Shown: in pieces, positions 50,351-57,560 of the stretch
How the letters are laid out: every line of letters begins with the position of its first letter
Position numbering within the stretch: position 1 is the first letter of the stretch
IMG/VR virus record: IMGVR_UViG_3300025158_000005
From: a virus
Length of the DNA stretch: 64,000 nt
Direction: 5' to 3' (one strand)
Made by a program: the position numbers and the translations under genes
The notes under the pieces: generated by a model
What the model saw: only the letters and a program-made list of their open reading frames with translations
Database searches by the model: none
What the model was told of the DNA's origin: nothing

Positions 50351-51010
50351 ATGAAGTTGTCAAAAAATACGATGTTGTTATTGAAAAATTTTTCCACAAT
50401 TAACTCAAACTTGTTTGTCAAAGCTGGCTCGACGTTGAGTACCATGTCGATTCAGAAGAACATCATGGCCGAGGTTGAAGTTCCAGAAAAGTTCCCAGTC
50501 GATTTCGGAATCTTCAATCTTTCTCAGTTGTTGAGTTCATTGAATGAACTTGATGATCCTGAAATCACGTTCGGTAAGACCAACGTGGAACTAGCGAAGT
50601 CAGGAATCAAGTACAAGATTACCTTTGCAAGCCCTAACATTCTTGTATATCCTCAGAAGGCAATCACAATGCCTGCGGTGGATGTATCGTTTATGCTTAC
50701 CGCAGCACAATTGATTTCGATTGCAAAAGCTGGTGCCAATCTTGGAATTCAAGACGTTATGATTTCTGGCGACGGCAAAAATGTCACTGTATCGATGGGT
50801 GATCGTAAAGATGCAACCAGTAATGGTTTCACGCTTGAGACTGGCGCAGAGACTAAGGAAACGTTCAATCTAATCATCAAGAATGATAACTTGAAGATGA
50901 TCGAAGATGATTATACCGTCGAAATCAGCAAGAAGAACATCGGGCGTTTCGTTGGTAAGAACAATAAGGTGACTTACTTTATCGCTCTCGAAGATTGCCA
51001 ATTCAGTTAA
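50351..51010 (+). CDS. gp45: Sliding clamp gp45
   Basis: MKLSKNT..LLKNFSTIN, FGI.NL and YFIALE motifs. Confidence 0.95.
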   Translation: MKLSKNTMLLLKNFSTINSNLFVKAGSTLSTMSIQKNIMAEVEVPEKFPVDFGIFNLSQLLSSLNELDDPEITFGKTNVELAKSGIKYKITFASPNILVYPQKAITMPAVDVSFMLTAAQLISIAKAGANLGIQDVMISGDGKNVTVSMGDRKDATSNGFTLETGAETKETFNLIIKNDNLKMIEDDYTVEISKKNIGRFVGKNNKVTYFIALEDCQFS

Positions 51011-51022
51011 GGAGAAAACAAT

Positions 51023-51142
51023 ATGCGGGGAAAAGTTGCTAAAGAGTTGCGGAAGATCGCACGTGGGATTGTTCCGGATGGTGGTAATGCACAGAAGCAG
51101 ATGTACAAGTCATTGAAGAAAGAACATAAGAGTAAGCAATAA
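51023..51142 (+). CDS. 39-aa basic peptide
   Basis: AAGGAGA RBS; MRGKVAKELRKIARG...YKSLKKEHK. Confidence 0.55.
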   Translation: MRGKVAKELRKIARGIVPDGGNAQKQMYKSLKKEHKSKQ

Positions 51143-51153
51143 ATAACTCTTAC

Positions 51154-51229
51154 GGGACTGTAGCTCAGAGGAAGCAGCAGGGTGCTCATAACGCCAAGGT
51201 CGAGGTATCGTAATCCTCCAGTCCCACCA
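51154..51229 (+). tRNA. tRNA with a CAT anticodon (probably Ile2, otherwise Met)
   Basis: GGGACTG/CAGTCCC acceptor stem, CT-CAT-AA loop, encoded CCA; atypical T loop. Confidence 0.8.
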
Positions 51230-51247
51230 TTTTATCATGAGGAAGTT

Positions 51248-52204
51248 ATGTCAGAAGTAACAAGCAATCCCAATGAATTTGTCTGGGTTCAGAAATATAG
51301 ACCAAAATCGATCGATGAATGTATTCTTCCCGAAGAACTAAAAACCACGTTCAAAGGTATCGCACAAAGTAATCGAATACCAACGATGTTGTTGTCTGGT
51401 AACGCTGGTGTTGGAAAGACAACGGTAGCCATTGCTCTATGTGAAACAGTTGGTGCTGATTGGCTTCTTGTCAACGGTTCTATCGATAACGGCATTGATG
51501 TTCTACGTACTAGGATTGCATCGTTCGCCTCGACCATGTCATTTTATGACGCAAAAAAAGTGGTTATTCTTGACGAGGCGGATTACCTAAACGCAAATTC
51601 TGTTCAACCCGCATTGCGTGGATTCATTGAGGAATTTTCGAAAAACTGCACGTTCATTTTCACCTGCAACTATCGCAATCGAATCATTGAACCCTTGCAA
51701 TCTCGTTGCGCCGTGTATGAGTTCAAAATTCCAAACTCCGAGAAGCCGAAGCTAGCCACACAATTCATGAAGCGCGTTTCGTTGATTCTGGACATGGAGA
51801 ACATCGAATATGACAAGCGAGTTGTGGCAGAACTTATCCAGAAGCATTTTCCAGATTACCGTCGTGTATTGAATGAACTACAACGGTATAGTTCGTCCGG
51901 AAAGATTGATACGGGCATTCTCGTCAACTTGTCGGAAGACAATCTGAACAAGTTGGTGACTGCGTTGAAGGAACGTAAATTCAGGGATGTTCGACACTGG
52001 GTAGCACACAATCTAGATGTTGATAGCGTGAAATTATTCTCAGACCTTTATTCTAAGGTGTCCGAACAGATGGAGCCGAAAGCTGTTCCTGATCTTGTGA
52101 CGATTCTTGCGAAGTATCAGTTCCAAGCAGCATTTGTCGCTGATCAAGAAATCAACTCAGTGGCAGCATTGACGGAAATTATGATGACGTGTAGTTGGAA
52201 ATGA
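51248..52204 (+). CDS. gp44: Clamp loader large subunit gp44
   Basis: WVQKYRP, GVGKTT, ILDEAD and SRC motifs; true start MSEVTS after GAGGA. Confidence 0.95.
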   Translation: MSEVTSNPNEFVWVQKYRPKSIDECILPEELKTTFKGIAQSNRIPTMLLSGNAGVGKTTVAIALCETVGADWLLVNGSIDNGIDVLRTRIASFASTMSFYDAKKVVILDEADYLNANSVQPALRGFIEEFSKNCTFIFTCNYRNRIIEPLQSRCAVYEFKIPNSEKPKLATQFMKRVSLILDMENIEYDKRVVAELIQKHFPDYRRVLNELQRYSSSGKIDTGILVNLSEDNLNKLVTALKERKFRDVRHWVAHNLDVDSVKLFSDLYSKVSEQMEPKAVPDLVTILAKYQFQAAFVADQEINSVAALTEIMMTCSWK

Positions 52205-52575
52205 AAACGTTCGACATAAAAAACGCGATTGATAGTAAGACTAAGATCGAATGGGACGAAGAAACCAAACGAGAGTATCTTCCATTCCTAATGAATCGTG
52301 CATTCAGTTATAATCTACATACGATATTTCACGCAAATGAAATGAACTTGAATGCCGCAATTGAAAAGAAATGGCAATTAGATTTTTATTATCATTCTAT
52401 TCCAAAAGGTAAGAGATACGATAATTGGGCAAAAGTAAAATCTAATGATGATATAGCAGCAATCATGGAATATTACTACATAAATAATGACAGAGCCGTG
52501 GAGTATTCGCGGTTTCTGACACCTTCGCAGATGATAGTTATCCGTGAAAATTTAGAACGTGGTGGTAGAAAGTGA
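52201..52575 (+). CDS. gp62: Clamp loader small subunit gp62
   Basis: Y.PFLMNRAFS, ANEMN and terminal GG. Confidence 0.9.
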   Translation: MKTFDIKNAIDSKTKIEWDEETKREYLPFLMNRAFSYNLHTIFHANEMNLNAAIEKKWQLDFYYHSIPKGKRYDNWAKVKSNDDIAAIMEYYYINNDRAVEYSRFLTPSQMIVIRENLERGGRK

Positions 52576-52581
52576 TATTTT

Positions 52582-52965
52582 ATGATAGAAACATTAGTAG
52601 AAGTCCGACTGGATGATCCTGAGGCATTTCTAAAGATCAAGGAAACGTTGACACGAATCGGTATTCCTTCATTCAAAGATAAAAAGTTGTATCAGAGTTG
52701 TCATATATTGCATAAACGCGGGAAGTATTTTATCACCCATTTCAAAGAATTATTTGCATTAGATGGTAAACAATCGTCGTTGAGTGAAGAAGATATTGAG
52801 CGTAGAAATATGATCATCAATCTTTTGGAAGAATGGGGATTATTGTTCATCGTTGATCCGAAAAAGACTGAAAAGGAATCTGCATTGAGTTCAATTAAGA
52901 TTGTTTCTTATAAGGACAAGCATAATTGGGAATTGTGTAGTAAATATACCATTGGTAATAAATGA
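52582..52965 (+). CDS. regA: Translational repressor RegA
   Basis: FLKIKETLTRIG and LYQSCHILHKRGKY.I.HFKELF motifs. Confidence 0.96.
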   Translation: MIETLVEVRLDDPEAFLKIKETLTRIGIPSFKDKKLYQSCHILHKRGKYFITHFKELFALDGKQSSLSEEDIERRNMIINLLEEWGLLFIVDPKKTEKESALSSIKIVSYKDKHNWELCSKYTIGNK

Positions 52966-52978
52966 AAGGTTGTAAATT

Positions 52979-53137
52979 ATGGAAGAAAAGGTTCAACTAA
53001 CAATCGAATTGACTTTGGATGAAGTGAATGCAGTATTGGTTGCATTGAGTGAAAAACCGTTTAGTCAGGTCGCCGACCTGATTGGTAAGATTCGTGGTCA
53101 AGCAATGAAGCAAGTAGCGCCTGCTCCAGCGGAATAA
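52979..53137 (+). CDS. 52-aa hypothetical protein
   Basis: MEEKVQLTIELTLDEVN..L.AL..KPF..V..LI.KI..QA; AAAGG RBS. Confidence 0.6.
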   Translation: MEEKVQLTIELTLDEVNAVLVALSEKPFSQVADLIGKIRGQAMKQVAPAPAE

Positions 53138-53155
53138 ACTCTGTAAGACGTCGAA

Positions 53156-53186
53156 AATAAAAAGGAACTTCGGTTCCTTTTTATTT
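53156..53186 (+). terminator. Terminator with a cUUCGg tetraloop
   Basis: AAAAGGAAC-TTCG-GTTCCTTTT. Confidence 0.85.
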
Positions 53187-53187
53187 G

Positions 53188-53216
53188 TTGACAATAAATA
53201 CACACTTCTGTAGAAT
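53188..53216 (+). promoter_or_regulatory. Early promoter TTGACA-N17-TAGAAT
   Basis: Consensus match with TG before the -10. Confidence 0.7.
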
Positions 53217-53244
53217 GTATTTCATCGTAAACGAGGAGTTCATC

Positions 53245-53394
53245 ATGTCAGTCAAAGGCACAATGTTTTTCGTCGGTCTTGTTTTCGTCATGAGCGCAGT
53301 TGGTTCCGAATCTCTGATGACAATTGCACTGGGTTCTTTCTTTGGATTAGCTTTGATGACACCATATGCACTTCAATCATCTAAGGAACTATAA
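53245..53394 (+). CDS. Small two-TM membrane protein
   Basis: GAGGAG RBS; hydrophobic 49 aa. Confidence 0.55.
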   Translation: MSVKGTMFFVGLVFVMSAVGSESLMTIALGSFFGLALMTPYALQSSKEL

Positions 53395-53492
53395 TGGATT
53401 GTTTCTTCTTTGTGTTTGTATTGATTTTTTGTGGTCGCACTGATCGCCTATGCTGAGTTTAAATTTTTTGGATGGATTTGACGAGAAATAAC

Positions 53493-54260
53493 ATGGAACA
53501 TATCAAGTTTCCTTCTATTGGGCAATTTCGTAATGTAATCAAGGAAGTGCGGTTCTTTCATAAGAACGAGACTTTGCCTACCTTGAAGTTTCGTGGTACG
53601 GTTAAGTTACACGGTACTAACGCGGCCGTTGCTAGGGTTAGCGGTGAACAGTGGTTTCAGTCTCGTTCCAACATTATCAAGGCGGAAGGTCCTGACAATG
53701 CTGGCTTTGCATTCTGGGCAGACGGTATTGACTGGAATCAATTCTTTAACCAGATTCCCGCTAACGAATGTGTAATCTTCGGCGAGTGGTGCGGTGGTAA
53801 CATTCAGTCTGGAGTTGCTATCAACGGGCTGCCTAAGATGTTTGTTATCTTCAAGATTCTGGCGGATGGCGTATGGTTGAACATGGACCAATACTCTTTC
53901 ATTCAACGTCCTGACTTGAACATTTACAACATCAACAATTTCCCTATGTGGGAAATTGATATTGACTTCAACGTTCCTGCTCCTGCTCAAAACAAGTTGA
54001 ACGAGATTACTGAAGCAGTCGAAAACGAGTGTCCTGTTGGTAAGGCATTCGGCAAGATCGGCATCGGCGAAGGTGTCGTATGGACGTGTGTTACTCCGGG
54101 ATACAACTCGCCCAGTTTAGTGTTCAAGGTGAAGGGCGAACGTCATGTTGGAGGAACATGGATAGAGGGTATTGATTTGCCAAGTGAGGACAGACAAAAG
54201 GTAATAAATTTTTGTCTTGCCAATAAAATCAATGAATTTGATTTTGAGTTTTTGGAATAA
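53493..54260 (+). CDS. Rnl2-family RNA ligase, N-terminal adenylyltransferase fragment
   Basis: Motif I KLHGTN, GEW, EGVV and motif V KVK, followed by a 38-aa non-ligase tail. Confidence 0.85.
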   Translation: MEHIKFPSIGQFRNVIKEVRFFHKNETLPTLKFRGTVKLHGTNAAVARVSGEQWFQSRSNIIKAEGPDNAGFAFWADGIDWNQFFNQIPANECVIFGEWCGGNIQSGVAINGLPKMFVIFKILADGVWLNMDQYSFIQRPDLNIYNINNFPMWEIDIDFNVPAPAQNKLNEITEAVENECPVGKAFGKIGIGEGVVWTCVTPGYNSPSLVFKVKGERHVGGTWIEGIDLPSEDRQKVINFCLANKINEFDFEFLE

Positions 54261-54999
54261 ACGAAAATCCATCAACTTCATTCTTACAGTATTTTATTAT
54301 CAAATATCTGGATAACTTGTCAACATTCTTATCACTATTAGAAGCATCGTTTGGGGTGTAAAAACTCCCAAATGGTGTTTTGTAGATGCCATCAGAGATT
54401 GATCTTTTGTGATTTGATATATGTTCCTGTGTCTTGGGTCTTGGAATATTTAACCACCTATTTCGTAAGTCAGTCATACCACTTTCAGTAAAGAACGACT
54501 TAAAATCAACACCTTTCATTCTGTCAGATTGATTTTGTTTGAATGTTTTTCCTTCCTCCGTAAGAAGAAATACTTTCCATTTATCTTTTGCTCTGTCCTT
54601 TATCGTCTGATTATGCATTGGGTTGTTTATAGTCATAGATAGTATGTTTGCCATTCTAGCAGATTCATATATTCTAGAATTGTAATATACATCGTTATGT
54701 GTTTTACTTCTATCGCGCATTCTACTGAATGCTTTTAACATGGACGATTTGTGTTTTATATTAGTAAATACCTTGGATAGTATCCAATGTGCTATAAAAT
54801 GTTCTCTATGGGTTAGCTTTATCACGTTCCATGGATGTTCTTTTATGTTTGAAAACTGAGGAAACATATATTTACTTTTAGGACATATGTGATGATTGTC
54901 CCCTTTAATAGAGTCTTTATTTCTGCTTTCGATAAATCTTATATATCTGGATAGATAGTGTTGATTGTGAGGTAATGTTTCTAAAATAGACTTGTACAT
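54229..54999 (-). mobile_element. MobE-like HNH homing endonuclease, antisense inside the RNA ligase locus
   Basis: HHICPK...LTHREHFIAHWIL, NNPM, NUMOD3-like KTQEH; AGGAGA RBS and TATAAACA upstream. Confidence 0.85.
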
Positions 55000-55051
55000 A
55001 ATTGTCTCCTATGATATTATGTTTATACAAATTTTTAAGGTTAAAAGAGAA

Positions 55052-55444
55052 ATGCTTAAAATTATTTCAAACGGTAAAGAGTACGAAGTTGATGTGAATC
55101 ATGTTAAGAACTCTGCAAAATCTGGTAATGCTAAAATCCATGGAAAATCCAAGGTCAAGACTCTTGCTGCTGTTGATACCGAGAAGGTTGCATCTATTCA
55201 GGAATTCATTGAAAACGTGGTTACCGAGTCACGTCTAAATCAAGGTATTGACTACCTGAAGGAACAGAATCAACCGTTGAATCAAACTTCTACTGGCATC
55301 TTCTTGAAGTGGATCGTCGGTGACGTAATCAAGGAAGAATCTGACACTATGCGTGACTCTTTGATTGAGCCGAAGGATGTAAACGGCTCAATTTCTAAGA
55401 AGGCACGTGAATGGTACTTTTCTCAAGTATTCACTTGGCAATAA
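55052..55444 (+). CDS. RNA ligase C-terminal domain fragment
   Basis: SKVKTLAAVD.EKV.SI.EF....VTE.RL.QG...F.KWI..DV.KEE pattern. Confidence 0.8.
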   Translation: MLKIISNGKEYEVDVNHVKNSAKSGNAKIHGKSKVKTLAAVDTEKVASIQEFIENVVTESRLNQGIDYLKEQNQPLNQTSTGIFLKWIVGDVIKEESDTMRDSLIEPKDVNGSISKKAREWYFSQVFTWQ

Positions 55445-55463
55445 TTCGGCACTCATGTAAGAT
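55435..55463 (+). promoter_or_regulatory. Early promoter, copy of 46325-46353
   Basis: 27 of 29 nt identical. Confidence 0.7.
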
Positions 55464-55490
55464 GCAGTCATAGTCACTTAGGAGCAGAAA

Positions 55491-55652
55491 ATGTTGTATA
55501 CCCACAAGGTAGTTTTCGACAAGGAAGTATGTGGCTTTATCGCCAAAAGCGAGTCTTGCCGCTTTCCGAACTTGCCTTCGGCAAGATCATATGCCAAGGC
55601 GATTGCTAAGAAGTTTGGTTTTCATAATGTGCGAATCGAGGTTTTGAAATGA
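55491..55652 (+). CDS. 53-aa hypothetical protein
   Basis: AGGAG RBS directly after the promoter. Confidence 0.55.
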   Translation: MLYTHKVVFDKEVCGFIAKSESCRFPNLPSARSYAKAIAKKFGFHNVRIEVLK

Positions 55653-55829
55653 CATGCACTGATCTTGAACTATCCTTCTCCAACGGAGACTTGGATGTCG
55701 AATACGCCGAATTCATCAGGCGATCCTGCTGACTGAGTTATTTGTGACGGAGATTCTCTGCTTTGTGCCATGGAAGACGGATATCTTGCAGAAGAATTTT
55801 TGAACTTCATGAAGCAAAAACAATGTTGA
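55649..55829 (+). pseudogene. Frameshifted small acidic protein
   Basis: GDLDVEYAEFI in one frame; VICDGDSLLCAMEDGYL in another, after an in-frame TGA. Confidence 0.4.
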
Positions 55830-56023
55830 TCGAACGAATTAATCCCTTTACCGGGGAAAAGAATGTGCTCGAACTTCCGATAACGGAAGAACACCTCTTA
55901 GCGCGGGAAAATGACGCGCTAATTCAACGAGCTATGCCGAATCTAACTACAGATGAACGTGAATTTATCATGACTGGAATTCCTCCAGGTAAGTGGGAAG
56001 AAATTCTTGGGGACGAAGGATGA
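55823..56023 (+). CDS. Conserved small phage protein
   Basis: PFTG..N...L.IT...LIQ.AMP.L..DEREFI.TGI...W pattern. Confidence 0.7.
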   Translation: MLIERINPFTGEKNVLELPITEEHLLARENDALIQRAMPNLTTDEREFIMTGIPPGKWEEILGDEG

Positions 56024-57288
56024 ACATTCTTGAAATTCTAAACGAGATTGGGGCAAATCCTTCCCGTCTTGCGAAGGAAGCAATTCTCACGCGAGAAAAA
56101 GATAATGAATTGTTGAAGGCTGTTATCGTCGCCGCATATCACCCCTATATCAATTACTGGATCAAGAAGATTCCCGAAGCAATACAAGGAATCTCAACAA
56201 ATATTAGTTTGAGACTAGCCCTTGATGGACTGGAATATTTGTCGGCTCGACGTGTTACTGGTAACGCTGCAATTGAATACCTGGCCAAGATGCTCGGCAG
56301 CATGAATCGTGAAGATGCCATCGTTATTGAACGAATTATTGACCGTGATCTTCGTGCAGGATTCACTGATGGTACAGCTAACAAAATATGGCCAGGGCTG
56401 ATTCCAACTTTCGATGTGATGCTATCTCATAAGGATATCTCTGGTATCAAGTATCCTGCATACGCTCAAACAAAGATGGATGGTGCCCGATGCCACGTTT
56501 ATTTCGATGGCACTAGTGCTCGGGCATGGTCGCGCCAAGGCAAGGAATTCGTGTTGCATGGTGCTCTTGATGAATCTGCAAAAGGCCTGATGCTCCCTGG
56601 AGAAACCTTCGATGGTGAATTGTTATTCTTCAAAAATAATAAACCTCTCGATCGTAAGACCAGCAACGGTTTAGCTAATAAATCGATTAAAGGAACACTT
56701 TCAGCCGAGGCATGTGATGACGTTCGTTTCGTTGTTTGGGATAACGTCGATTTCACTTCTTCTTTGCCTTATACAAAACGGTTTGATATGTTGAATGACA
56801 GATTCAACATTGTGTTTAACCAACAACTCAACTCGCGTTTTCTGCTTGTTCATTCTATCGTTGTCAATTCTGAAGATGAAGCATTCAAGTTTTATAATGA
56901 TCAACGTGCCAATGGTGAAGAAGGCGCGATTCTGAAAAACATGAATTCAGTATGGCAGCCGAAACGCACCAAAGACCTTGGTAAGATGAAAGCCATTGAA
57001 GAAGCAGACCTGCTGGTTACTGGTTGGAAAGAAGGAAAAGGTAAGTTCGCTGGAATGGTCGGTTCTCTTGATTGTCAAACTGCTGAAGGTATTATTAAGG
57101 TTAACGTATCAGGATTTTCTGATGATGTTCGTAAGATCGCATATACTTTTGTTGATAAGATCATCACTGTTCTATATAACGAGATAATTAAAGATAAGAC
57201 AACAGGAGAGTATAGTCTGTTTCTTCCTCGGTTCGTTGAAGTTCGATTTGACAAGACAAAGGCAAACAAATTTGAGGATTTGAAATAA
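56020..57288 (+). CDS. gp30: ATP-dependent DNA ligase gp30
   Basis: KMDGAR, FDGE, EGAILK and SLFLPRF..VR.DK motifs. Confidence 0.93.
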   Translation: MNILEILNEIGANPSRLAKEAILTREKDNELLKAVIVAAYHPYINYWIKKIPEAIQGISTNISLRLALDGLEYLSARRVTGNAAIEYLAKMLGSMNREDAIVIERIIDRDLRAGFTDGTANKIWPGLIPTFDVMLSHKDISGIKYPAYAQTKMDGARCHVYFDGTSARAWSRQGKEFVLHGALDESAKGLMLPGETFDGELLFFKNNKPLDRKTSNGLANKSIKGTLSAEACDDVRFVVWDNVDFTSSLPYTKRFDMLNDRFNIVFNQQLNSRFLLVHSIVVNSEDEAFKFYNDQRANGEEGAILKNMNSVWQPKRTKDLGKMKAIEEADLLVTGWKEGKGKFAGMVGSLDCQTAEGIIKVNVSGFSDDVRKIAYTFVDKIITVLYNEIIKDKTTGEYSLFLPRFVEVRFDKTKANKFEDLK

Positions 57289-57512
57289 TGCAACCACTAC
57301 ATTTTTACTACGAAAAACGCGGTAAGTTTGCCGGAATGGTTCGCCATATTTGTCAATTTCCTTTGTGTACGGAAAAGGCGATGTCAGTCGGCGGAATAAG
57401 GGCGAACGGCGCGCCAGCAGAAAGAATGTATAAAGGTAAATATATAAGCGAAAAGCATCATCTTGAAATGATACGCACAAAAGGTCATGGAACTGCTACA
57501 ATACCAATTTGA
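57288..57512 (+). CDS. Hypothetical protein, possibly truncated
   Basis: TAATG-coupled 74-aa ORF. Confidence 0.4.
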   Translation: MQPLHFYYEKRGKFAGMVRHICQFPLCTEKAMSVGGIRANGAPAERMYKGKYISEKHHLEMIRTKGHGTATIPI

Positions 57513-57537
57513 CTTTCATGTTTTGGTAGTGTATCAT
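57509..57537 (+). promoter_or_regulatory. Promoter TTGACT-N17-TATCAT for gp43
   Basis: Consensus match. Confidence 0.6.
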
Positions 57538-57560
57538 GGTTGCATTACATAAGGAAATCT

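Noticed and set aside
51182-51247. N-terminal extension of gp44 in the ORF track
   Set aside because: It overlaps the tRNA; the real start is ATG 51248 with an RBS.
54141-55141. Ligase tails as a degenerate split intein (RHVGGTWI resembles block A C-H-x-x-G-T-x-I; MLKII.. resembles IntC starts)
   Set aside because: There is no Cys/Ser at position 1, no terminal Asn and no +1 nucleophile, and about 70 aa in total is too short for a Hint fold. The Arg also fits the ligase KGE(K/R)H motif.
54144-55142. Group I intron or gene-60-type ribosomal bypass across the ligase insert
   Set aside because: No P/Q/R/S core is visible, the ORF is antisense, no stop follows the take-off codon, and the gap is about 1 kb.
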